DNA of 64,000 nt. It comes from Macrostomum lignano. Lineage: Eukaryota. Within the stretch, counting starts at the first letter, position 1; each line of letters starts with the position of its first letter. This document shows, piece by piece, positions 12,716 to 23,900 of this stretch. The stretch spans positions 1 through 64,000 of the forward strand of contig NIVC01003890.1 of NCBI GenBank assembly GCA_002269645.1, written 5' to 3'. The position numbers were made by a program, and so were the translations under genes. The notes below the pieces were generated by a model that made no database searches, was not told where the DNA came from, and saw only the letters and a program-made list of their open reading frames with translations.

Positions 12716-15408
12716 CTGCACTTCGACCTAACTAGTTTGTTTGTCATTGTGCAGGCAATATGTACGAGTATCCAGCATGCAGTAAAGGCAACCAGCATGC
12801 AGGATATGCATGTTTATCGTACCTAAAATTGTGCTGAATTCGCGTATAAACTGCTGACACGGGTGTAATTTTACGGCGTAACTAAACTTAATAAAAAACG
12901 GGACTGATTTTTTTAACTTGTAGTTCAATGGCTAGTGTTAACAACTTGTTTTGGTGTCAGGGTTAACACGCGCAGCTTGCTTGTTGCTGTAATGCTGGCA
13001 TGCTAAGATTTTATTATTACATACATATACATATATGTAATGCCGATTATTAAGCTTATGACATCACTTGTGGTAGCTGGCCTACAAAATTTTTGTTTAG
13101 TTTAGACAAATATGCCCTTGCCTAGTCCTTCTTAAGTTTAGTGTTTAGTTCGACTTCGACGTAGGGTAGGCCTAGGGCTATAAAACAAAGAAACAAGGAA
13201 ACAAAGTAGTTGCATAAGAATAATTGCTTAGTAGGCCTAAAGGCAAGCTAAAGGATATATATATAAAACAATTAGTGATAGCAGATAGGCCTAGGCCTAT
13301 TGCCCTGGCCCCTGGGGCCTGGGCTAGGTTTATAACAAAACAGTTCAATTCCAATAACATTTATCAAATGTTAATTACACTATTTAGCAGGCCTACACTA
13401 CACTTTGACTAAGTTAAGAATTTAGGCCTAAGGCTAAGCTATTTATTTGTTAAGACCAAGTTGGTTTAAAATATTTGTGTAAATTTGTTTTTTAGGCCTA
13501 TAAATAAATCTTTAAGGGGAACCAGTTAATTTAGCAACAGGTTGACTCAGTGATAGTGACAAACAACCAATTTGATGACAGTCAGTTTGGCAACATATGA
13601 GGGGGTGGTTAAAACAGGACAGTAATTTGTCATCTATTGCATTGAGTTTGCTTATATACTCCAATTTCAAAATAAGCCAAAGTGGTAAGCCTCACACCAC
13701 ATGTATACATATAAGCTTTTTCACAATATAGTCATACCTTCTTATAGTAAAACAAATGTTGATACACTAGGCCTAAGAACAATTGTTAAAGAGACTAAAC
13801 ATCAAAAATCCTGGTTGAATTATATTTTATACTGAGTCATATAGGCCTATACTTTGTTTTGGTTTTTGTTAGCTTGTGCCAGTTATATCAATAAGAGTGC
13901 TGGCTTTTGTACTCTGATACTGAAAATATATACAATTTAGGCTCAGCTAGAGATATGTGCAAATAAAATTAAAAAAGTAAAAATGAGCTATACTTGAATG
14001 TGTAGTCTTGCCTTGAACTCAGTGTTTTCAAGGACATGTGCACTAACAATGACACAGAAGCATGACATAGGAAGCTGAATTCCAGAGCACAGTGCGGTCA
14101 ACTTTAGGTTACCTGCTGGTATGGCTGTTGCACAAAGAGGCCCAGATAGTTGCAATCAAATTGTGGCTTGTTGCTCAAGGTGCTTAGCAAAAGCAACAAA
14201 GACAGAATTACTGTTGAATGGAATAGCAGTACTAGCACTTCTGGGGCAAATACATATCAGGAGTGTGGACTGCCAAAGCCTTGCTAGATTCATATAGCCT
14301 ACTAAATGGCCCTAAATGATTTTTATGTTGTTGATTTTTTAACTACATTTATGCCTCTTATTTTATAGGGCCTATTATTGTATAGCCTAGTCTACCTAGT
14401 TTTAACTTTTAAACTTTTAACTAACTTTTTAACTTGTCAATTGTTTGATTGGCAACTTAAAATGCTATGACAAATTAGCATTATTCATGTAACTATTCTG
14501 TCACATACCTATTATATGTTTATAATTATAACCTAAAATTATAATTATATTATAATTCAATTTTGCTTCCTATGCCTTAGGCTAGGAAGCTAAATGTATA
14601 TACTAAATTCTAAATTCTAACATGCTAAATTTCTTTTTTTATTAGGCCTATTTTATACTCTTCTTTTCTACCTTATTTATATTGCACAATTATTTTCCTC
14701 TTGTTTATCATGCCATACCATATTGCCAAAAGGAAAAAGGTCTATTTAGCTATGCTAGGACCTATGCTATGCTTGAAACAAAGGTAGTAATTATCCTTCA
14801 TAAAAATGATATATTTTTCTATAGGGTTTTTTTATACTATACCATTTTTCTCTGTTGATATATCATGGAATATGCTACAACAAACTAAGATATAAGTTAA
14901 TTATTGTTTTTTTATCTTTCATTCAAAACATAATGTTGTTATTTTCTGCATGAACTTGGATTATCAACAATAAAAACAGTCAGACTTGAATTAAAATCTT
15001 TGTCAGTTTTAAAGAACTTGTTTAGAAAAGTAATATCAAAACAGTACAAGCATTGCTTGCAACATATTAATGTTGCATTTTTAAATCTGGTTTCTACAAC
15101 TTCTATTGGATTCTGACATCTTTTTTCAATAATAATGTAAGTTTTTTCATTTAGATGTGCATTTGCTCAGGAATCAGTGGAATGGGCAGAATTGCCTCAG
15201 CTCTGATTTTGTTGTGGGACAATTTTGCCAAATTATCACCAATTGTCACAGCTCAGTCTCTGATCATTTAGCCAATGTCACGTGACTTGGAGCCTGTAAA
15301 GCAACCCTTCCCTTGACCCTGGCGATCTTAACAAAGCTTATCCGAGTTGGGAGCGTGTGCTGCTATCTACAGTGTACAGTGCTATATATTTTACTATATC
15401 TATCTGTA

Positions 15409-15575
15409 GGGGGTTGTAGCCTAGGGGTCAGAGTGTTGGACTCACGACTTGAAGGTCGGGGGTTCGATTCCCGATCCCACTGGAACAATTTGTGTCCTTG
15501 AGCAAGACACTTGAACTCTACATTGCTTCAGTTCACCCGGCTGTAAAATGGGTGCCAGCATTAGCTGGGGTAATT
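15409..15575 (+). mobile_element. tRNA-derived SINE with a CORE-like central domain
   Basis: A box TAGCCTAGGGG, B box GGTTCGATTCC, then GTGTCCTTGAGCAAGACACTT...CTGTAAAATGGG. Confidence 0.75.
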
Positions 15576-15666
15576 GGGGGGTTTGGCGACCCCCCCAGTC
15601 CAATTACACCAATTGGGGCAGGTGTAATTAATTATATTAATTATCTGTACACCAAACATCCCGCAG

Positions 15667-17477
15667 GGGATCACGCGGCGGACCCGAATTTAATGCTGAA
15701 GAAGAACCGCAGACCACTGTGTACATTGGAAACCTGCCTAGCGACTCAATTCAAGGCGATGTTGAGCACATTTTTAGCGCCTGCAAAATCCGCAGCATTC
15801 GGATGGTTCGCGACAGGGAGACTGACGCGTTTCGCGGCTTTGCGTATGTGGAGTTCGAGGACACGGTCTCTGTGAAAAAGGCTCTGGAGCTGAATGGCGC
15901 TGTACGTGACCTTGATTTGATTCTTTTATTGATTTTTTGGACTAAAGGATGATTTTCAGATTGAACTGCCTGCCACTTGCATCCCCTCTCAGATCCTCAG
16001 ATTGAACTGCCTGTCACCTGCATCCCCTCTCAGATCCTCAGATTGAACTGCCTGCCACCTGCATCCCCTCTCAGATCCTCAGATTGAACTGCCTGTCACC
16101 TGCATCCCCTCTCAGATCCTCAGATTAAACTGCCTGTCACCTGCATCCCCTCTCAGATCCTCAGATTGAACTGCCTGCCACCTGCATCCCCTCTCAGATC
16201 CTCAGATTGAACTGCCTGTCACCTGCATCCCCTCTCAGATCCTCAGATTAAACTGCCTGTCACCTGCATCCCCTCTCAGATCCTCCGATTGAACTGCCTG
16301 TCCCCTGCATCCCCTCTCAGATCCTCAGATTGAACTGCCTGCCACCTGCATCCCCTCTCAGATCCTCAGATTGAACTGCCTGTCACCTGCATCCCCTCTC
16401 AGATCCTCAGATTGAACTGCCTGCCACCTGCATCCCCTCTCAGATCCTCAGATTGAACTGCCTGTCACCTGCATCCCCTCTCAGATCCTCCGATTGAACT
16501 GCCTGTCCCCTGCATCCCCTCTCAGATCCTCAGATTGAACTGCCTGCCACCTGCATCCCCTCTCAGATCCTCAGATTATAAATCTTTAGTTTAGACAATA
16601 AAACAAATGAAAAACTTTACCTACACGTTCATTTCAGCTCTACGATGGCAAAGAGTTGAAAATTGACGTTGCCCAAAACCGCAATAGAAATGGCGGATTT
16701 CGAGGCGGTAAGAGTCTTTTGTGTCTTCTGCATTAAATATTTTACTCTTCTCCTACTTAAAGTAAAGAAATAATTAAAAGCTCAGTCCATCTACTTACAG
16801 TAGAAAAAGCAGGATTTATTACAAGTGCAAAATGCATAACAACCGCAGGTCGCGGCGGCGGCGGCGGCCCTCACCAACACCACGGCAACATGCGAGGCGG
16901 CGGCGGCAGCGGCTTTCAAAACTATGGCGGCGGCTCCATGGAGTTCACCAGGGGCGGCGGCCGCGGCGGCCGAGGAGGCGGCGGTCGCGGCCGCGGCGGT
17001 GGGCCCGGCGGGCCGCCCCAGTATCAGCAGAATTTCCAGCCCCCCTATCATCATCATAATCAGCCAAATTATTATCCGCCCCAGCATCACAGCCAGGGCA
17101 ATGGCCGCGGCGGTCGAGGCGGCGGTCCGCCATTTCACGGCGGAGGTGGCGGTGGCGGCCCGCCATTCCAGGGTGGCGGCCCGCCATTCCAGGGCGGCGG
17201 CCCGCCATTCCAGGGCGGCGGCCGACGCCAGCGCCAGGGCTCCAGCGGCGGCGGCGGCCGCAAGTCTGAGTCATCTTCGCCGCCTCCCCCGCCAGCCCCC
17301 GGCCGTCCGAAGCTGAAGCTGCTGCCCCGGACAGTGGCCGAACCGGTAAACGCTGAGCCACCTCGTAACTCCTCGATTTTCGGGTCTGGTCGGCCGCGCC
17401 CACCGACGCCGCCGAGCGCTGAACAGTCTGGCGACAGCGGCGCCGCCGAAGGAGGCGCCGCTGCTCCTAGCGAGTGA
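15667..17477 (+). CDS. EIF4H: Eukaryotic translation initiation factor 4H (exons 15667-15901, 16638-16707, 16849-17477; start exon not located)
   Basis: RRM with TVYIGNLP...RGFAYVEFED...LKIDVA; C-terminal RPKLKLLPRT...SSIFGSGRPR typical of eIF4H/4B; splice phases consistent. Confidence 0.85.
15955..16577. repeat. 41-bp intronic minisatellite, ~15 copies
   Basis: Unit ATTGAACTGCCTGTCACCTGCATCCCCTCTCAGATCCTCAG. Confidence 0.95.
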
Positions 17478-17714
17478 TCCAATTATTGATTGATTGATAA
17501 ACAGATTGATTAACGGGGTAGATTTCACGTTGAAAAGGTCACCGTGACAAGAATGGCTAATGAGTCATTGCAAACAGCTCTATACACAGTGATTTTGTGA
17601 CTCTTGTGACTTTTTAACAACTCAAACGACTGCAATGTGACAGAAAGGCGGCTCTTGAGTCACGAGCGCACACGTGAGTTGCAGAATTGTAAAAGAGTCG
17701 CTATGGCCCCAGAG

Positions 17715-18190
17715 TGGGAGGGTGCTTAGATTGTGAGTGAGAGGGTGCTTATATTTTGAGTGAGAGGGTGCTTAGATTGTGAGTGAGAGGGTGCTTATAT
17801 TGTGAGTGAGAGGGTGCTTAGATTGTGAGTGAGAGGGTGCTTAGATTGTGAGTGAGAGGGTGCTTAGATTGTGAGTGAGAGGGTGCTCAGATTGTGAGTA
17901 GGAGGGTGCTTAGATTGTGAGTGAGAGAGTGTTTAGATTGTGAGTGAGAGAGTGCTTAGATTGTGAGTGGGAGAGTGCTTAGATTGTGAGTGAGAGAGTG
18001 CTTTGATTGTGAGTGAGAGGGTGCTTACATTGTGAGTGAGAGAGTGCTTATATTGTGAATGAGAGGGTGCTTATATTGTGAATGGGAGGGTGCTTAGATT
18101 GTGAGTGGGAGGGTGCTTAGATTGTGAGTGAGAGGGTGCTTAGATTGTGAGTGAGAGGGTGCTTAGATTGTGAGTGGGAGGGTGCTTAGT
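17715..18190. repeat. 23-bp minisatellite
   Basis: Unit GAGAGGGTGCTTAGATTGTGAGT. Confidence 0.95.
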
Positions 18191-19309
18191 AGGAGGGTAC
18201 TGTTTTCATCTTGTTCAGATTTGACGCTGGATGCCAGAGCCCTCAGTTGTCGTGTGTGAAACCTCTGTCTCCCTTCCTAAACTGATTGTTATTAATGACA
18301 TCCTTGCAAAGTTAGCCATCTGTTTACTATTAATATTCTTGTACTAATCCTGTTTCCTGTCCAAAGCAGAAAGGCTCCAGTTCGGAAAAATCTGTCATAA
18401 AATGCGCATAAGTGTTTTTTCTTACTACTGCTCAGCAACACCATAGTAGTGTAGAAGAATATTATTCAAAAAAGCAAACTCGTTCCCCAAATTATTCATA
18501 TTTTTGTCATTTTTCTCTATTTGTTAAAACATAATTTGGTGAGCAAAATCGGTGCAATCTGTCTAATGTAAAACCAACAAACTGGTTTTTCTCTCATTCG
18601 TCTTCTCAGTTCTGCTTGTTTGTTTGTTTATTTACTTTCAAATTAATTTCAAACACAGGCGAAAATTCAAAACATTTATTAACGGAGTTTGGGCTGCCAG
18701 TGGGTGTTTCGTCAATAATTATTTTTGAAGAAGTCTTGGTTTTTAAAGTCTGACTGTTTTAATTGTGTTTTTTCTGTTGCTTTTGTTTTGCATTTATGTG
18801 TGCCTGTGTGTTCGGTTTATGTTTAAAAATTTGATTCTCTTGTTATTATCCTATATCTACGTAACATATAAAATAGTTTATGTAGCATTACTACTTCGGT
18901 AAAATACACCCACATTGTGCATGCATATATAAATATTTTTTCTCTGCAAAGGCATCCCAATATTACTGAAATTTTAATCTACTATTATTAATGTAATGCC
19001 CCATTGTTTTTTGTCTCCCGCCCCCATCGGCCCTTCATTAATTTGGTTTTTAAACATGCGCAGCTGATTCGTTGGAAAAGAGCCATTGCAGACCAATACG
19101 TTCGATTCTGTGCATTACACTGAATCACTCAGCGTGGTGCAAAAATAAACAAGAAGAAGGTTTGTGTACCTGGCCAGCAAATAGTGATTACTCATTCTGT
19201 TTGCTGCCTGATTTGTTGAATGAAAAACATTTTGCGAATTTGCTGCATTCTTTTTTTGCTTTTGTGATCGATCCGGACTTCCTGATGTCAGGTCACTGGT
19301 AACTGGTCT

Positions 19310-19800
19310 TTTCCTTCCCTTCCTGTTCCTCTCTCCCTTCCTGTCCCTCTCTCCCCTCCTGTCCCTCTCTCCCTTCCTGTCCCTCTCTCCCTTCCTGTCC
19401 CTCTCTCCCCTCCTGTCCCTCTCTCCCTTCCTGTCCCTCTCTCCCCTCCTGTCCCTCTCTCCCTTCCTGTCCCTCTCTCCCTTCCTGTCCCTCTCTCCCT
19501 TCCCTTCCTGTCCCTCTCTCCCTTCCCTTCCTGTCCCTCTCTCCCTTCCCTTCCTGTCCCTCTCTCCCCTCCTGTCCCTCTCTCCCTTCCTGTCCCTCTC
19601 TCCCTTCCTGTCCCTCTCTCCCTTCCTGTCCCTCTCTCCCTTCCTGTCCCTCTCTCCCTTCCCTTCCTGTCCCTCTCTCCCTTCCCTTCCTGTCCCTCTC
19701 TCCCTTCCCTTCCTGTCCCTCTCTCCCTTCCCTTCCTGTCCCTCCCCTTGTCCCTCTCTCTCTCTTACTGTTCCTCTCTTCCTTTCCCTCCTGTCCCTAG
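19310..19800. repeat. Polypyrimidine (CT-rich) tandem repeat
   Basis: Units such as CCTGTCCCTCTCTCCCTT; the ORF at 19115-19885 is its translation. Confidence 0.95.
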
Positions 19801-20850
19801 GGAGGGAAAAAGGTGCAGTCAGGTGCATTTCCAAAACATGCACGAAATAGGCCACTAAAGTGCCTCTTTTGTGCACCTCGCTCACCTTTTATGCCAACAC
19901 AGGTGCATAACTTTTCCAACGGGCCTCTTTCCTTGTTCTCCCTCTCCCTGTCCCCTTCCTGCCCGTTTCTATAATTTTTTATCTGTATTCATTTTATAAA
20001 TCTGAAATTCGTCAGCCAATACAAGTGGCCTTCCCCTATTAGCTGCTTCCACAAGTTGTAGAACCGCTATTCTAATTCGGTTCTTTTCGAACTATTAAAA
20101 AGAAGCTTGTTAAAAAACCCGAGAATTTTGAATCACTTGGCGAGGGCATGCAGAATGGAATTCTGTACTAGCGCAAAACAGTGTGGGCAGGGCGTTTGCA
20201 GTTCACCCAGGTCACAGTCAGCCACTTGAGGCTCCGTACGTGCATGCTCGTTTTAATTCGAAAAAAGGAGCACCCACCACCCCTTTGCGAGTCTTTAGGT
20301 AGGGGGTGGGGGTTGAATTTCTATTCTGTGCGGAAAATATGTAAATACAGGTTTTGGATTTGTCTGCACGACATTTTAGCCAAAAATGGTTATTCAGTGA
20401 GATGAGACAGACGCATAAAGAGAGACAGAGAGCTGTGCCGCTGGCTGTGTCATGGACAACTAGAATGGAACATCTGGTTGAGGAAAAGGGACAACCTAAC
20501 AGGTTGCTCTTATATATTCAGCAAATAAGTCACTTGCAACCGTATTTAGTATCAAAACTACGAGTATATGGACTGACTGATGATTCTATCTGAGCTCCTT
20601 TTCATCCCTTATCGTAGATTTGTCCTACAGAATTTAATTTCCAAATTCAATTTCGTATTTGTTAGTTGCAAGTGCTCCATGACCGCGCGCTTGAGTACAG
20701 CTGTTCTGAGCAACATCTTTCTTTTCGGAGCTGTGCTCGAGCGTACCTGTAAGGACAGCCATTGGAATTCTATTGTTCATATTCTCTTCTACGCAAGGGT
20801 GTAGTGTGCGAAGGCTGGGTGCTAGAGTAAGTGCGCTCGGGAGCCTTCTC

Positions 20851-20860
20851 GAGTATAAAA
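20851..20860 (+). promoter_or_regulatory. Candidate TATA box of the Mx-like gene
   Basis: GAGTATAAAA about 80 bp upstream of the ATG at 20937. Confidence 0.45.
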
Positions 20861-20936
20861 CCCTGTTGCCACCCATGCCTTCTATAACGTCTGAGCTGCT
20901 GTAGTGTAAAGGGCTGACTCAGCCACCGAGACAGAC

Positions 20937-23900
20937 ATGTTCAAACCGTCTGGTTCATCTGACGAATTCGGTTCGGCAATGCGCGGGTTGAAGTGAGTGC
21001 AACTTTGATGTTAATATTTTAATCTTTCTGTATTATATCCATATTTTAAATGCTATGATGTACCCAAGGCCAAAGTCATTTAAGTTTTTACCTCTTAATT
21101 ACGTCACAAATCTTTTTAAAACCAAGGTTACCAATCGTGGAAAGTTCCACAAGAAACAAGGTGACCAATCGTCGAAATTTCCACAAAAATCAAGGTCACC
21201 CATCGTGGAAAGTTCCACAAGAAAAGTCACGACTCGTGGAAAGTTCCACAAGAAACAGGGTCATGAATCGTGGAAAATTCCACAAGAAACAGGGTCACCA
21301 ATCGTGGAAAGTTCCACAAGAAACAGGGTCACCAATCGCGAACTTTTAAAGTTTCAATAAATAATTTCACAAGTCAAGGCCATGGAAAGCTCCCTTAGAG
21401 TCAAGGTCACCCTTAACCGCACCCGCCTTAATCCGCAGGGGCTCCCGAACGCCCGGCCTCCGCCTGTCGGCTCGTCCGAGTCGTCGTCCGAGCGGCAGCT
21501 CCAGCTCGAATGCCGGAGAGCTCAGCATCGCTGGACCAGCCTGGATTGTGCGCGGCCAGGAGGTGGTGAAGGACGAACCGGCCAAGGTGATCAAGTACCC
21601 GGAGCTGCACTCAGACCTGGCCAGGTAAAATACATATCCATTCATTCTGGTTCGAAGGCCGATTGGGTTGTCGTGCAAGGCTACCAGACATTTCCCCTCG
21701 GGCATTTCCCCCTCCGGCGTCCGGAGTTCATAAGCCCGTCGTGAAATTCTCGTTAATGAGGGCCCATTGAGTCGCTTAGCTCGTGCAACCTACTCGTGAA
21801 ATAAAACGCAATTTTCAGGTCCTACAACGAGCAAATCAAGCCGTGCTACGATCAGATTGCTAAACTACGAGCCCTCGGCTTTGCCAAGGAGCTCCGACTG
21901 CCATCCATCGTGGTGATCGGCGATCAGTCAACCGGGAAGAGCTCCGTTCTTGAGAGCATCAGCGGAGTTCGATTCCCGCGCGGCAACGGCGTTGTGACGC
22001 TCTGCCCGCTGCAGCTCAGCATGCGGACCAGCGATGACGGCAAGTGGCGCGGCAACATTCGCTACTACGACACCTACGGCAAGCTGATGAAGTGGGACAT
22101 CGACGGGCCAGAGGATGTCGAAGACGCCATTCAGGAAGCGCAGATGCGCATTACCGGCAATCAGCGCAACGTATCGAAGAGCATCATCGAGATGACGTTA
22201 GAAAGTCCGGAGTTGCCGAATTTGACGTTGATCGATTTGCCAGGCATTGCCAGGTACAATCACAACAGTGCGGAGAGCGGGAGCAGCCTGCACCAGCTGG
22301 TGAGTAGCCGATGGTTTCTGAGAAAGTGCCGCTATTGCCCATACCCAGAAATAAAGTTTTTGGAAAAAAGAAGATGCTTTGAAGTCTTAACCTTTAAAAG
22401 TTGGTTTCTTTGAAAGGTTTCCTTCTCAGAAGGCGTTAAAATAGTAGAAAGTTTTTTAGAGTTTCCTAGAAAACGTGGCTTTGCAAGAAAGCATGGCTTT
22501 TCTATAAAGTGTGGCTTTCATAGAAAGCGTGGCCTTTCTTAGAAAGCTTGGCCTTCCTAGAAAGCGTGGCCTTCCTAGAAAGCCTGGCTTTTCCTAGAAA
22601 GCCTGGCCTTTCCTAGAAAGCGTGGCCTTCCTCGAAAGCCTGGCTTTTCCTAGAAAGCCTGGCCTTTCCTAGAAAGCGTGACCTTTCCTAGAAAGCGTCG
22701 CCTTTCCTAGAAAGCCTGGCCTTTCCTAGAAAGCGTGACCTTTCCTAGAAAGCGTCACCTTTCCTAGAAAGCGTGGCCTTACCTAGAAAGAGTGGCCTTT
22801 CCTAGAAATCGGGGCCTTTCCTAGAAAGCGTGGCTTTTCTATAAAGTGTGGCTGGCTTTCCTTTTAAGTGTGGCTGTCCTAGAAAGTGTGGTTGTAATCT
22901 TTTTTTTCACAAGTCGTAGAATTTCTCAAAAATGAGAATGTAAAAAAGTTACGTTGCAGGAGCTGAAATGATTTTTTTGATTCTTAGACCGAGAAAAATT
23001 TTGTAAGAGTAATTCTTTCAAAAATTAGTCAGGCATTGAGATTTCAAAAAAAATACAATTTCGCACGTTGGTTGTAAGTCCTTAACTTTAAAACAGCATT
23101 TACATCAAAAACTATATTCGCACTCTGCCAGACAACAGACATCATCAAAGAGTACATCAGACGCGAGGAGACAATCATTCTGGTTGTGATTCCGCTGACT
23201 TCCGACACCGCCACAATGGAGGCACTGCAGCTGGCTAAGGACGCCGATCCCTACGGAATGCGCACAATTGGTGAGGTTCTCACATTTCAGACACTAAATT
23301 CATTCTTTCTTCGTGTCTAGACTACTGGTAGTAGCTCGAATGGAGCAACATACCTGAAGAAATTTAGATACATGTGAATTCCCTGGCTAGACGGTTTGAC
23401 AATTTGAAAAAACCTAGACCGGACACTGCTATTGCTGGTGAATCTTCTGAACTGTTGCGATTCAAAATCGTTAACAAAAACTTTTTACCCCAACTCAGGC
23501 GTGCTCACCTTTCCTGACCTGGTGAACAAGGGCGCCCAGGAGGAGAAGCTGATGATTGCCAGAAACATCACCTACCCCCTGTCTAAGGGCTACGTCACTG
23601 TCAAATGCCGGAATCAGGAAGATATTAAGAATCGCAAATCGCTAAAGGACGCAAAGGCTGACGAGGCTTTGTTTTTTAACACTGACCCGTTCTTTAAACA
23701 ACTGGACTCGATGTACCGAGGCTCCGATACGCTTGCTAGGAGATTGAGCGAGGAGCTGTTGTACCTCGTTAAGGTAAGACTTCTGTTACCCCGGTATAGA
23801 TAATTGCAAAATCGTCTAAATTAACTTTGATTCGTGCGTAAGTCCTCTGTTCTACAGAGCCTGGCATCAATGGGGTTGGGTGCGTGCCCAGTCCCCCAGC

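Noticed and set aside
13560-13625. Candidate first coding exon of eIF4H (ATGACAGTC…GGACA|GTAATT, phase 2)
   Set aside because: The phase fits, but the peptide has no resemblance to eIF4H N-termini and the donor is weak; left unassigned.
15409-15485. Possible tRNA gene (also 32430-32509, minus strand)
   Set aside because: A and B boxes are present but there is no proper cloverleaf or acceptor stem, and the sequence continues into a SINE body.
20710-20730. ISRE-like element upstream of Mx
   Set aside because: The spacing is TTTC-N-TTTC rather than TTTC-NN-TTTC; too weak to call.
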